A stretch of 64,000 nt of DNA from Octopus bimaculoides (Eukaryota): NCBI RefSeq assembly GCF_001194135.2, contig NC_068986.1:4451393-4515392 (forward strand), given 5' to 3'. Positions within the stretch are counted from its first letter, which is position 1. The number at the start of each line of letters is the position of its first letter. The position numbers and the translations under genes are program-made. The notes under the pieces were generated by a model. That model had not been told where the DNA came from. It searched no databases and saw nothing but the letters and a program-made list of their open reading frames with translations. Below are positions 23,262 to 37,388 of this stretch, in pieces.

Positions 23262-23814
23262 TCAAATAACCATTTTATAATATCATTCCCCAGTTTTTAT
23301 TTCAAATCCTCATTAATTGTTGAATTTGTAAAATCCACTGATTGCGAGATTTGTAAAAATCACTATTATTAAAGTTAATTAATCAAGGAATGTTATGTAG
23401 CATTACATGCCACTTAACACCAATTATTTATTATCTGTATCAGTTTTATTAATTTGCTTTTTCAAATTATAAATCTCTTGAATAACAAATTAACAATTAT
23501 ATTAATTGTTTAAAATGTTGATATGATTATGAAATGGATTTCCTGTTCACAACACAGTGATTATTATTTTACTGATTTAATGTTAATAAATTCACCTCAA
23601 TCCTTAATAAGTTTATTACAGTCATTTATCAGTTATTTATGTGAGCTATTTTCTGCTCTTCTAAATCCAATTACAATTGAGTATTAAAATACATTCTAAC
23701 CTTGTTAAAATTATACAAAAATGTGTTTCTAATTACATCTGGTTTCTTAATAGCTTCAGTTTAATTGTTATGTATAATTCTATTTATATTAATGTCAGTG
23801 TCTCAGTATTCTTG

Positions 23815-24024
23815 TTTACTTTTTACATGTTTCAGTCATTAGACTACGGCCATGCTGGGGCACCACCTTGAAGAATTTTAGTTGAATAAATTGGCCCCAG
23901 TACTCATCTTTATTTTTTAAGCCCTGATGCTTATTTTATCCGTCTCTTTTGCTAATCCACTAAGTTACGGGGACATAAACACACCAACACTGGTTGTCAA
24001 GCGGCAGTGGGGGACGTACATAAA

Positions 24025-24066
<42 letters not shown>

Positions 24067-24205
24067 TATACATACAACAGGCTTCTTTTCAGTTTCCATC
24101 TACCAAATCCATTCGTAAGGTTTTGGTTTGCTTTTATAGAAGACACTTGTCCAAGGTGCTACACAGTGGGACTAAATCAAGGACCATGTGGCTGGAAAGC
24201 AAAGA
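23815..24205 (-). mobile_element. Family B SINE, full length
   Basis: catgtttcagtcattagactacggccatgctggggcaccacc ... ggcttcttttcagtttccatctaccaaatcc ... ggaccatgtggctggaaagc. Confidence 0.85.
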
Positions 24206-24337
24206 GAATATCTTTTAATTACAAGCATTAACACTTTAGTTACCATAGTTTCTAATGAAACACACTACCGTTGTTTCAATTAATTTTGAAATTAATAAAG
24301 AATGTATTAAAATTTATCATTATAAAGCAGGTGTGGA

Positions 24338-24540
24338 GGCTGCAAACTGCCAGAATCATTAGCACACTGGACGAAATGCTTAGCAGCATTTTGTCTGTTT
24401 TAATGTTCTAAGTTCAAATTCTACCGAGGTCATAAAATAATGGGTTGATAAAATAAGTACTAGTTGAGCACTGGGGTCGATGTAATCAATTTACACCCTT
24501 CCTCCAAATTGCTGGCCTTGTGCCAAAATTTGAAACCATC
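24338..24540 (+). mobile_element. Family A SINE inside a fragmented MITE P2 (about 24215-24620)
   Basis: gccagaatcattagcacactggacgaaatgcttagc...ggggtcgatgtaatc...aaaatttgaaacc; P2-like sequence on both sides. Confidence 0.75.
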
Positions 24541-26464
24541 ATTAACTGGGTGTTTGGAACATGAAATTTTGATGGAAGGTTTTAATTTCGATCACTTTAA
24601 AATGAGTAGTTTGTATCATAGAAGCAGAGCAGTCTCAGGTGGGATGACCTCAAAAAGAACAAATGTTTAAATAAAAAAACTTCTACAAATTTAGATTAAA
24701 ACTTTTATCAGTACGTTTGAGCTCGGACACCAGCTTCTGGCTTAAATAGCCGAGAGGAATACTCAGGTGAAACATTCTGCATTATAGATACAAATACTGC
24801 AAGGGTCTTATTTACAGTAGTACAGGTGGATCTCATATATATAGATATTTATATATATGTAGTTTGGTAAGATGAAAACCTTTGATTAACTTAGATTGTT
24901 AAAACAGCTAGAAGTCAAAAACTCCCTATTGGGTTGTTTGAAATTTAGAAACCAGCAAGGAACATATACTTCAATAAGGTTAGTTGATTGAAACTTTTTG
25001 AGAATACAGACAATGTAGATTAGGGTGGATCTCATCTTTAAGACCAACTGATAAAAGTAGTGGTCATATTTCAGTCTTATTAGATCTCCTTAGTGAAACA
25101 TTTTATTCAGCTAGTATGACTAAATGTGATCACTATATAGGTATATATGAAATATCCGCAATATAATCACTGTTAAATTTTAATTACCCAATGAGAGTGT
25201 TTGTCTCATGATTGCTTGGATAATTTTAGTTGGTCAGAGCTTTTTAACTCACTACATTTATGAGATGCTGCTGTACTAATAAAGTGAAGAAATTTAGTTC
25301 ATAGAATACTCATCTAGCTTTTATAATTTTTCCAAGTTTGACTTGTCACCACATTAATTCCTTACTTTTAATATTTTGATAGGAAGTGAACTATTGTTTT
25401 CTGCACCAGTAGGTGAAACCTTTTGTTTTAATTTTAGATACTCTATCATGGAAAATTCCTTTTATCTCCCAAATTCACATAACACAGTAAATTAAATTTA
25501 TTTAATTTAATTGTAAATATTATGTAATACACTCTGTAAACTGGTTAGTGATAGGCACCCAACTAAAATTAGAACATTGATGTGAAATATGATCACCACA
25601 GACAAAGTAGGTAGGCAGTAACTCTGGATAAGACCTGACTCAGATCATGACACCATGATGGAAAAGCTTTTTTTTTTTTTTTATATCAGAGTTGTGAACT
25701 ATAAACCTTAGGGCTCACCAAAACCTTGAAATGTCAGTATTATGTAGCACAATTAGTTTGGTTCATTTGAAAAAAGAATGTCTTTCTTGAGTGTGATAAC
25801 AATTTGAATAATTTTTATTGAATTCATTGTGGAATGAAAATCATTGGATGTAGTAATCTGGTGAAACTAAACAGAATAAATCAATGCTAACTGCCCAGTT
25901 TCCATTGTCACATCTTGTATCTAAGTTTTGGTATTGCCTAGAATTTATTTTACTTTTTATTGATTTACCAAGATTTAAAGTATAAAGCTGTGTGTAGCCA
26001 AATATATGACGATAGCAAAATATATGTTGACAAATGATAAAAAGACAATTTCAGGAATACGTTACTTAGGATAATTATATTAACTTTCTTATCAAATTCT
26101 CATCAACTATTACTGAGTTTGTATAGGTTCCTAATACTGTGAAGAAAAGTAAGTCATGAATATATTGTCAAGATTTTTTCATTGTTATTAATTTCCCCCT
26201 AAATTTTATTTCACCCTAAGTTCTATTGACACAGTAAGGAATTATTATAAACATTGTCTCAGATGTTGACTTCATTAATATTGTATTCTGACAGAGATTC
26301 AGCATGATACCTACACTTGGCAACTACACATTTGGCCATTGTCAACACTATATAGTAAATTTAACAAATTTTTGTTTTATTTTTCATTTGGTCAAAAATA
26401 TCTAACATTGTTGAAAAATAGTTTTAATTTTTTTTTAATAAATATTTTATCTCATTATTTCCAG

Positions 26465-26531
26465 TTGTTCTAGTTGAAGAAAGAACTTTACTGTTTATGC
26501 GTAGAATACAAGACCAGCTACATTTGTTTGA
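26465..26531 (+). CDS. Candidate exon (xVLVEERTLLFMRRIQDQLHLFE), unidentified
   Basis: Strong acceptor tatctcattatttccag, donor gtgaaa; phase 2 end joins 37389 in frame. Confidence 0.28.
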
Positions 26532-29500
26532 GTGAAATCAAATTTTCACCTTATTCCCTTTCTATAGAACAAATTTATTCAAGTGAGATAATTTTATGAC
26601 TGTTCAGCCTGACTTGGTAATCAAACAAGCAGAATTATGTTAGTATCCTAAAAAAAAAAAGAACTCCATGTGTTTTATGTGCTCTAAACCTTGATAGAGC
26701 AGCTGACTTTATAACCACTTGTGCAAATATCAATATTTCATTGTTCCTCTGCATAAAACTGTTGTATAATTTATGTCTGCTGAATGGTAAATGAAAACGT
26801 CTAATACATCCAGTGAAGTAAAGTGGATCTTTCTGCTGCTTTAGAAAGTATGCTCAATAGTGTGATATAAAGACCACATCAATTTTTGTTATGACCAATA
26901 TAGCTGAATTTGTACATTATTGGTTTGGTGTGTATGTATGTATATGTGTGTATACACACACACACACATACACATGCATACATAAAACTAACATGATAAA
27001 CTGATATGAATTTTTATTATTAAGTCTAAGTAGTTAGATGTATAGTGTAGAAATGTTAATTTGAACTTTTTATTATGAAGTGTATGTTGGATGTATATAG
27101 CATAGAAATGTTAATTTGAGCATTTTAAGTTGTTAGCTTTGAAGATCATAATATTAATCTCCTGACAGTTTTTTTTTTTTTTTATATTTTACTATTTCGC
27201 TATTTCCTCTATTAAATAATAACAACAATAATATCCTAACCACATCACTGTCTGATGATAACTTTTGAATTTATGGAAGCTGCCATATGAAATAGTAGAC
27301 TTAATGAATTGCCAGCACATAGCTCTTGCAGCTACTTTGTTGTTCAAGTTTAGACGAGGTCTCTGTTGGTCTGAGGATAGCTTCCTCAATACTTCCTATC
27401 ATGCTTGAAAACCCTTAAATGATGGATAAACACTCTACTTCCTCCTCTGATTAAACCATTTAAAAATGAAAAATTCACTATTAAAACAGCTTAGTTTTTG
27501 AATTTAAAACTTTCATCCTCTTTACATAAAACCCAAAATAAGTTTATAGTTCCATTACATTTCATACTATTAATGTCTTTAGATGTTCAAGCTAAGTTAC
27601 CAACATTGTCAAATTTTGCTACAGTTCACGCTGTATAATCAATTGAAGTGATATTAACTTTAGCTGGACAGACAGGCTAAAGAAGTGTAAACACTGTTTC
27701 AGAAAATAGTAACTACAAAAAGTGATAATTGAAGTCTCCCAGAAGAAATCAAGATTATTTCTAAATACCTAATTCAATATTCAACCTTCTCAAAGATGAA
27801 AACCTCTTCTGAAAAATATATTAACATCCACCATAAAATGATAATGGTTTTTTTCACATATGCAGAAGGCCATGGATTTTAGGAAGAGAAACAGTTGATG
27901 AGATCGATTCCAATATTTGACTTCTTATTTCTTTGACTCCCTAGAAGGATGTATGACAAAGTCCCAGGGGAGTTGAACTCACAACATAGAGGGATACACA
28001 GGTATAAGGCCACAAATTTTGGGAATAGGAACTGTTGATTATATCTACTCAAATATTTGTCTGCTGCTTTGTTGTTCCTCCTTCTGAGAGCCCATGAAAT
28101 AAACTCCACCCCAGCAAGATTTGAACTCAAAACATAAAGAAATGCAACTAAATGTCATAAACCTTAGGCTTTACTGATTCTGCCAACACACTATCAACAG
28201 AAAATAATATTGGTAACGGTAAAGTAGCATTCTTTCTTTGAACAAGTTAACTACAGACAAACCGATCTTAATATGTCCTTATTAGCTGACAGCAAAGTGT
28301 TTGGTCTCTTTTAGCAAAGCTCTGAGGATTTATAACCATATTTATTGTTAGTTGGCTTCAATGCTGCGTCACATACCAATGGAGTCACTTCAGAGTTCTT
28401 GCTTGTTCACAAAACTATGCTATCCACCTACAAAGGAAGACTGGATGGAAGAAGCTAACAACAATTCACAGGCTGCAAAGAGTTGTTCTAATCCGCTACT
28501 AAGGGTTAGATTGTCTGGCACCAGGAGGAAGATTGTCTGGCACCAAGAAGTAGATAATGGTATTTAGACTGACATGAAAACATCATCATTCAATGTTCAA
28601 CATTGGTATCAATTCAATATACTCAGCTCAGTGCATTTCAAATTGTTATAATCTGATCTGACGAATAGCCTAAAGTGTTCATTATCTTGTTTCTGGTTTA
28701 AGCATTGCTTTAGCATGGTGTACCCTTTGCAAAAGAAATTTAGAAGGTATTTATACAAAACATTAAGTACTTTGAAATATTGTGGACAAATATGTTTAAC
28801 TATGGATTCATACCACACATGCCAATCACTGACTCACAAGTGTGCTGTGCCCTCTCTTTGCCACTTCTACCACTACAACAGAGGCATCTGCTCATTGAAG
28901 CTAACTAATCAATTTTAGGCACTCTTGACTCGCTCACTTTCCTTCTAGTGTCACTTATAATGTGACCATCCATGTCCAAGGACCAAACTAAACACAATGC
29001 CCAGTCCTAAAACCTTAATATTCCCTTCCATTGCCTTTTCTGCCACAGTTAACTCATAACTATTCCAAGGGAAAATTAATCATATCACTCTCATTGGTCC
29101 TGGAGGGTCCACAAAAGCCATAGGCATATGTGTATGTGTATGTACTGATGTCTTGGGTATGATTGTCACAGCATTTTTGTAGGAAAATGACACTCATATG
29201 TGAACTCTATAGTTTGACATGATTACTGGTCATCTTGCTTTAGCATGTCTCTAGTTACAAATCACAGATGCTCAGGATGGTACTCGTGTTGTCCAGGCCT
29301 TTATCACTATAATCCAGTGACGTACAGATGTCTTTTTCTGGTGACCTCATTTGTTATTCTTTGTACTGAAAGTCCTGTGTAACCTGATTAAATCTGCAAT
29401 ATGTGCAGACATAACTAGTTGGAAATGCACAGTAAGTTACAGCTTACACTGTCACCTATGCTTCAACCCATGAAGATCAGGGATGAGACTGAATAGTCAT

Positions 29501-29599
29501 CTGAGAGATCCTGGATGGAAAGTCAGAAATGCTATTAAGAATGAGGAAGCACAAGGAGACAGCAATCTTCTGGAAAGGTGGGGCAATTTTATTGATTTC

Positions 29600-29768
29600 C
29601 TATTACATATAAAGGTATTGTAAAATAGTTGGTGTTTGGAAGGGCATCCAGCTGTGAAAAAAAACATGTCAAAACAAACAACGAAGCATAGTGCAGTCTT
29701 CTGCTTTGCCAACTCCTGTCAAACCATTCAACCCATGCCAGCATGGTAAGCAGATGTTAAATGATGAT
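29600..29768 (+). mobile_element. Family C tail
   Basis: ggaagggcatccagctgtg...aacccatgccagcatggtaagcagatgttaaatgatgat. Confidence 0.8.
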
Positions 29769-29779
29769 ATATATATATT

Positions 29780-29976
29780 ACCTTTTGCTTTACTTGTTTC
29801 AGACTGGGGCTATGCTAAAGCACCACCTTGGAAATTTTTTCAGTTGAATAAATTGACCCCTGTTGATTTTTTAAGCCTGATATTTATTCTGTCAGTCTCT
29901 CTTGACAAATTGCTAAGTTACAGGGATGTACACACCAGCATTGGTTGTCAAACAGTGGTAGGGGATAAACACAAGG

Positions 29977-30018
<42 letters not shown>

Positions 30019-30175
30019 GATGGGCTTGTTTCACTTTCCATCTATCAAATCCACACACAGGGCTTTGGTCAGCCTGGGGCTATAGTAGAAGACACTTGTG
30101 CAAGGTGGCATGCAGTTGCACTGAACCTGGAACCATATGGTTGGGAAGCAAGCTTCTTACCACATAGCCATGGTG
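29780..30175 (-). mobile_element. Family B SINE, full length, with (CA)n core
   Basis: tttacttgtttcagactggggctatgc ... gggaagcaagcttcttaccacatagcc. Confidence 0.85.
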
Positions 30176-30339
30176 GCACATTTATCTATATGTGTGTGTG
30201 TGTGTGTATGTGTGCAGAACAGTTTGATTCAGATCAAAATAATTTGATTCTGATTCCTCAGTACTCTGAGTTTCAAGCGTGTGGCTAGTCATCGGTCATG
30301 TGGTTGGGGGGAAGTAGGAAGGAGCAGTAGATGTGATGG

Positions 30340-30441
30340 TATATGTGTACATATATATGTCCATATATCTGCATATATGCATCCATACTTATACAAGTAT
30401 GTATGTGTGCTTAGATGTACATTCACACATCTGCATGCATG

Positions 30442-30486
<45 letters not shown>

Positions 30487-30660
30487 AGGCACACATGCCC
30501 ACACACATACTCACAGACATATATATATATATATATGCACACACATAACACATACACATGTGCATACCTTTGTCTCCATGTACATATGCACACAAGCACA
30601 TGCACACACATGCACAATGTGTGCACATGTACATATATGCACTTGCACAGATATATAATG
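30340..30660. repeat. Degenerate (CA)/(TA) low-complexity tract
   Basis: Alternating purine-pyrimidine sequence giving His/Thr/Ile/Cys/Val pseudo-ORFs in all frames. Confidence 0.9.
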
Positions 30661-32449
30661 TAGATAGGGTTAAAATCCAAGCTGTGTTCTCTTGAAGCAC
30701 ATTTGTTTATTCCAGCAATCTAAAGTTATATGTAAATGTTATAATTGGGAGAGGTATGCATGAGTTGAAAATTCTGGAAAATATTTTTTTGCTGAGTAAA
30801 TTACATATCAAACTAAATTTTTTTTTTCTAATCTCCTGTTTTGACATATACATAAACAGCTCATTTTTTTCTTTGCCATTAGGAACCATGGCTATGGGCT
30901 TGTTACTGCTCTGGTTATATGTCCATTAAGACATTACTTGCATTAGAAAAGGTCTTTATAGTTCAGTTTTCAATGTCTACTTTCCAATTATTTCAAATAC
31001 ATGATTCATATCCAAAGAAGATACTTTATTGCATTGTAAGAGTTTATAATAGGAAGAACGATACGAGGTCATGCTTAAGTGATAGTAGAGGTGATAGACT
31101 GTTTGAGGTTGGCAGAAAAGTCCCTTTTTCTGAAAACAAGTACCTCCATAGTATTTCATCAAATTTTTTATTCACTCTTTTTGACGACCTTTTAGTCTTC
31201 CCAGACTGTTTTCATTTCTTGCATTGATTTCTGAATGTTATCTTTTAAAATCTTCAACCTACTCTCTTCAAAAACTACTTTACTCCTGGATAATGTTGTA
31301 TTATTGACTTTCTTTCTTTCCTGTGATCTCTGTCTACAATGAATATTAGTTAGCACAATCCTGCTCACCTACTTACACCCAAAGTCATTCCAAAATAGTT
31401 TATCATACTAACTGTCAGCCAAGTCTGAAGTATTAATTTTGTTTTCTTCAGTGTTTTCTACTGTATTTGAAATAGATGTTTATTTACAAATAAACTCTGA
31501 CAAAAAAAAAAAAACAATCACTTGTGATTATCTCTCTCTCTCTTTCTCTCTCTCTCACATGCATATATTCACACGTGCACTCGCACGTCACATATGTACT
31601 TACAGGTAGAAGGGACTAGGTGAGTTGTTTGAATGTCGTCTTTTTCATACCTCTATTTTCTGCGCTATCCTATATTTTCATTGATCAACCTCTGCTCTTG
31701 CAACTATCAATAATCATTTTTGACCTAGAGGGAATGACAGAATTCCATTGCTGAATTTCCTAATTGGCAAATAGATAGCACTACAATGTAAAATGAATGG
31801 CAGGATAGAAAAGCAATCCTATCATGCAAGACATCTTACAAGCAACATTACGGACAATAGATCTGGATGTAGTAGAAGAGCTTTTAGGGAATATATAAAA
31901 ATGGATTGAAAGAAATGTGGAGAATATTTACTAAATATGGAACTTTGACCTAGGTACAGAAATCAGAGGATATTGTGGTGTAATGATGTAGCATGATAAT
32001 ATGTGGTGCTACACTTATATTCCCAAGGGTAGATAGAAGAAATCAACCAATAGTTTAATATTTTGAAAACATATTTCCTATAACAGCTAAAATTTAATTT
32101 CACTCTCATATCAATAAAATCTCATTTTCTAATGACAATTAGCAATATTATTAAACTAGGAAAGTAAAATAGTTATATATTAAATGTCCAAATATCTGAA
32201 ATTGGTTGTTGCTAATAAGATGATGATATTTACTACTACATTATGTTTTAAGTGATTTGATCTTCAGTCTTCATCAGGTATTGTATTTTTGGATACCTTC
32301 ATAGACTATTGCATAATACTGCTACTTTTCTTAGTGTTTAGAAATAAAAGCTTATAGTAGAAATATAGTCTGGTACTATGTGTATGAATCTATATATATG
32401 AATCGGATATCTGACGGTGACTGACGGTCAACACAAATAAAATGTAGTC

Positions 32450-32862
32450 ATCGTCGTCATCACCACCACCACTGCCGTCATTTAACTTTCATTTTTCCAT
32501 GCTCGTATGGATCAGATGAAATTTGTTGAGGCAGCTTCTCTACAACCAGATGCTCTTCCTGTCACCAACCCTCATCTTTTCCCAAGCAAGCTAATAATTC
32601 CCCATAGCTAGACATGCTTTCCATGGAAGAGTGGAAATGAACAACCTTACCTGTATAATGTTGATGCTCATCCACAACCATTGCATGATCTCTACACAAG
32701 GGTACACAGAAACACATTAACTCATACACACACAATAGACTTCTTTCAGTTTCTATCCACCAGATCCACTCAAAATGGTGCCACACAGTTGGACTTAACC
32801 CAAGACCACATGGTTGCGAAGTAAACTTCTTCTTAACCATACAGCTATGCCTGCATCTATAG
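32450..32862 (-). mobile_element. Family C repeat (32450-32705) followed by family B head (32730-32862)
   Basis: tttccatgctcgtatgg...ccagatgctcttcctgtcaccaaccc; ttctttcagtttctatccaccagatccactc. Confidence 0.75.
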
Positions 32863-32884
32863 CTCTGCCTGCATAATATATATA

Positions 32885-33500
32885 TATCATCATCATCATT
32901 TAGCAGTTGTTTTCTATGCTGGCATGAGTTGGACAGTTTGACATGAGCTGACCAGTTGAAGGGCTGTTCAGGCTCCATGTCTGCATTGGCATGGTTTCTA
33001 TGGCAGGATGCCCTTCCTAATTCTAACCACTTTACATAGTGTACTGGGTACTTTTACACAGCACCAGCATGGGTGCTTTTTACATAGCCCCAGCAACCTA
33101 TAAACCCAAACCCACAATATTAGGGATGCTCAGCTGGAGAGGTTTGCTGGGGATGAGTCTGTATGCAAGGGCATCCGCGCTTTTATTAGCTTGACATGTC
33201 TTTTCAAGCACAGCAAACCACCAAGAGTCCCAGTTCCCTGTCATCCCCTCTGTGAGTGCTAACATCTGTAGATCCTTTCTCATCTCTTTATGCCACGTCT
33301 TCCTGGGTTTACCTCTTTCACATGTTCTCTCTACAATTAGAGATTGACACCACTTGATGCAGCTGTCTCCATTAATATGCATTAATATGCATTACCAGTG
33401 CAGTCTTCTCTCTTGTATCTGATGCTACGTGTACCCAGTTTTTCTCTCAAATCATTTACATTCTGTCTTATGTGCACACTGTTATTACTCGTCCAGCGAA
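32885..33500 (-). mobile_element. 5'-truncated RTE LINE: C-terminal ORF2 remnant plus family C 3' UTR and (ATG)n tail
   Basis: Minus frames give RWTSNNSVHIRQNVNDLREKLGTRSIR and DSCIKWCQSLIVERTCERGKPRKTWHKEMRKDLQMLALTEGMTGNWDSWWFAVLEKT, the typical RTE C-terminus (G-RGRPRKTW). Confidence 0.85.
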
Positions 33501-34039
33501 GCATATATATATATATATGTATATATATGTGTGTGTGTGTGTGTATGTATGTATTATTTAAAAACTCTTTCATTTATAAAGGTGATGTTAATAGTCTGAA
33601 AACTTATCTTAAAATACCTGTGTAGTTTTATTTGATTAAAACGTTATGGCATGTGTTATTGGTTCATTGGTTGCTAATCTTTATAGCAATAGATTGAATC
33701 ATCTTTACTTGATAGTCAATATTATTTAATTTTCTTTTCCTTTTGGTCATTGAAGTAAATTTTAGTTTAATGGAGTGAAAGATATCCGACAAATCTTGAT
33801 GCAGTTATTTAATTCAATTTGCTCCTTTTCATTTCAACCCTTAAAGTCCATAATATTTCTCTAGTTATAAGTCCCTAATATTCATATGTAGCTGCCATTA
33901 TGATTTGGTTGAATACCTTTAGTGTGAAGCAACTAAGGTATTATTAATTAGGTCACAAATATATGTGGCTAATCATTTTTAAATACAAATTTAATCATCT
34001 TTTATCATAACTTACCTGTATTTTCTTTTTCTCCTTTAG

Positions 34040-34900
34040 ATTTGCTCTATCTGTTTCTCTCAAAATAGAGAGATATGTTTTATTTATGTGTGTCTTTGTA
34101 TGAGCCACAGTTTTATTCAATTATCTCTGAGGTTGACTATGCAGGGTATTATAAAATGAATCTGGATGGTGTAGACTGTTAGCTGCTTCTGTCATTTATT
34201 AAAAGTATATGGGGGTAGGTTTCCTTCTTAAGATTCTTGAAGAATTTGGCAATTTGTTCACTAGTTGAAATCATGGTTCTCTTGCTTTAATTTTGAGGTA
34301 GGACAGCAGATTAAATAGAGTTTCTCTGTGAAACAGAGGTTGCAGTAGTTTGGGATATTGTCTAACACTACCTATTCAATCCTTTGTTGTTTCTAAGTAT
34401 ATTTTGAACATCTTTTAGTGTTTTTCTGGTAATAATGATAAAACTAGTTGTTGCAATGGCGCAGATGACTGTTAAAGGAGTGTATTGATTGTAAGCTTCA
34501 TGTCACGTCTTCAGATGCTGCTAATGGAGACACCTCAGGGTATTTGCCTTTTAGTGGGTGCAAAATTGTATATTATGGAAATTGCGTACAAGCTTTCCCA
34601 CTTCGCTCTCTCTTTGTTCATTAGTTTCCAGTTGTTTTGTATTATAATTCCTGAGAGCAATAAATATGTTTGTCATGCAACTTGGTTTACCTTATTGTTT
34701 ATACGCATAGAAGCAGCATTGTCCCTGATGTGTGTCAAACTTGACTTTTTCTGAGAGTTCACAGCTCCTGGGTACTGAAGTATTTCCTGGGTGTAGTCTT
34801 TGCTCTGCTGATGTTGTGAGAATGTTAGGAAAGATTATTTGAGATATCAGTCGGAGTAAGTATATCAATTTATGAAGAGCCTTGTTGCTTGCTTGAAACA
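34040..34900 (-). mobile_element. Possible highly decayed Penelope-like element (RT C-terminus to GIY-YIG region)
   Basis: Fragmentary minus-strand motifs in expected order: DILTPTD, LKGKYPE, NLCFTEKLYLICCPT, YNTLHSQPQ; many stops and frameshifts. Confidence 0.3.
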
Positions 34901-36091
34901 TTGTGATAAAGAAGTAAAATAACGAAATAGGGAAGGCTGAGAGTGTCCTACCCTGTAAAAATGTAAAAGTATATTAGTAAACCATGCAAGTCTATACAGT
35001 CCTAGCCTTATGGCTGGTACTGCATAGACTTACATTTCTTGACCATTTCATTCTGATGATGGACCTTGGTGCCTGAAATATATAAAGGTTATTAAACTTT
35101 TTTTCTTTTTGCATTGTGAGGAGCTATCCATCTTCAATATTTTGTTATTTTACTTTTGTATTAATGTATATTTTTCTACATTTAGTTAATATAGGAAAAC
35201 ATCTTCTTAATTGTACAAGAGTTTTGATTTTTTTCGCCCCCTTATTAACTAGCTTAATAACTGTGTATTTCCTAATTATTTTATTTCATTACCAAATATT
35301 TCCATTTTCTTTTTCTCCTTTACTGTTGTCAATCAGTAGATTGTAACTATGCTGTGGCACTATCCTCAGAGTTTTATTTGATTATTTCTTATTCAAGTAC
35401 TTGACTGTTGCTTCACCTTTCATCTTTCTGAAGCTAAGTTGACCTCAGTAGATTTTTTATTCTGAAACTAAGGGGTTACAACTGCAATTTTTTAATATGT
35501 ATACTTTGCCCAACATTCTACTAGTTTTTTCAAAAATTATAGGTGGTTTTTAAGCATTTTTAAAACTACCTATATTGCATCTGTTGAATAAAGAAAGAAC
35601 ATTTCCTATTCTATAATAATTGCATTCATTACTTTTTTTCGTTGTATTTCATACTTTCACTTTTGTCAACTTTCCAAGAATACACTTGTTTTAGATACAC
35701 TACAATACACTTGTTTTAGAGTTCCAGTTTATTTCTTAATATTTAGTAGTTATCAAAGTACATATCAATTCCTAATTAGATCTGTAATCTATCATTAAGA
35801 TGCTCTGATTTTCATTTTATACTTTAACACTCATTAAATAAGACGAGATTTATTCAATATCTTTCTTAGACATACAGCAATGCAACTTTTTTCTTCAACC
35901 CCACAAAAAGATAAACCATTATCTGTTCTGTTTATATCCACAACTTATCTTCCCTCTATAATTCAGTCAACAGCTTTGTTTCAACAGGGGTATTAAGTGA
36001 TAATTAAAAACCTCAGCTCATAATCTTTGCTGAATTAATTCTAAGTAAAACAATTCACAAGTTCTGGTAAAATAATTGTGCACATTAGTGA

Positions 36092-36408
36092 AAGCACATA
36101 ACTTAGTGGTTATGGTATACAGCTCTCAACTGTAAGGTTGTGTGTTCAATTCCTGGTGGTGTGTTGTGTCCTTGAGCAAGACACTTTATTTCATGTTGCT
36201 CCAGTTCACTCAGCTGGCAAAAATGAGTCGTATTTGTATTTTAAAAGGGCCAGCCTTGTCTGTGTCATGCTGAATCTCCCTGAGAACTACATTAAGGGTA
36301 TGTGTGTCTGTGGAGTGCTTAACCACTTGCACATTGATTTCATGAGCAGATTATTCCATTGATTGAATCAACTGGAACCCTCATTGTCATAACCAACAGA
36401 GTACCAGT
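36092..36408 (+). mobile_element. Family D variant SINE (alternative tail)
   Basis: acttagtggttatgg...gtccttgagcaagacactttatttcatgttgctccagttcactcagctggcaaaaatgag...gattgaatcaactggaaccctcattgtcataaccaacagagtaccag; inverted homologue at 40787-41072. Confidence 0.8.
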
Positions 36409-36424
36409 AATGTGAGGTTGTTAG

Positions 36425-36650
36425 ATTGGCTGTGTGGTTAAGAGATGCACCTCGCAACTCTGCAGTTCCAAGTTTGATTCTGTTTATTACAAGTCACTTT
36501 TGACAAGTGTTTTCTACAATTACCTCAAATTAACAAAATTCCTTGTGAGTGAAATTTGGTAAATGGAAGCTGTGTAGAAGCCAGCTGTGTGCATGATTGT
36601 AGGTCTACATATATTTGTGTGTGTATACAGATATGTGTGTGTTTGTTTGT
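36425..36650 (+). mobile_element. Family B SINE 5' half, degraded
   Basis: ggctgtgtggtaagagatgcacc...ccttgtgagtgaaatttggtaaatggaagctgtgtagaagcc. Confidence 0.7.
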
Positions 36651-37388
36651 AATGAGCATAGCATGAAAAATGGTACATTCTGATTGTATGTATTGGTCTC
36701 TAACTTCCACACTGATTTTAATCTAAGTGTATACATACAAAAACCAGTAAAAGAAGAACAAAAGACATTGCTACATATCTTCCAAGATAGATTTTAGCAC
36801 CCGTTAATTTCAATATTTATAGTCGACCACTCATCATTAGGCATATTCGTTACTTGTATTTTAATCTGTGATGTCAGGTCGGTAGTTTATCCCATGACAT
36901 TCTTTGTATTGAAATCTCAAAATGTTGAATTAAAAGTTAATATATCTACAAAAAACAAAACTGTTTTAATTAATTACCCATTACCTATCATTGTTTTTGA
37001 TTTGTGGTTATATTTTTGATATTAAAAAAAATGCAAAATACAAGCAATAAAAAAAATTGATTGCTTTGTTCCTTAGAGTAAAAAAAAAAAAAAAAATTAT
37101 TATTAATAGTAATAGAAAGAACATTGTAACTAAACTATTGTGTAAAATTGTAGAACCGTCAGTATTGGAAAATAATCATAATGATTAGAAATACTATATG
37201 AACTTAGATTTTATTTTAATATTTATTCTTCAATTTTATAGTAATGTGATATTGATTTATTACATTTTCTTTTAGTAAAATGCTTGTATAGGGATTGATG
37301 ACTGAAATAACGAAAATAAAGGATTTTGAAAATGCGCTTATATGGGTTTCTGAAAGGAATACTTATATTTAATTTCTTGTATTTTCAG

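Noticed and set aside
30281-30700. Multiple His/Cys-rich ORFs in several frames
   Set aside because: Artefacts of degenerate (CA)/(TA) repeats.
30919-31227. 102-aa plus-strand ORF
   Set aside because: No domain resemblance or convincing splice pair; could be chance or a decayed element.
37150-37185. PSVLENNH, resembling the phosphodiesterase SVLENHH motif
   Set aside because: Imperfect match followed immediately by a stop codon.
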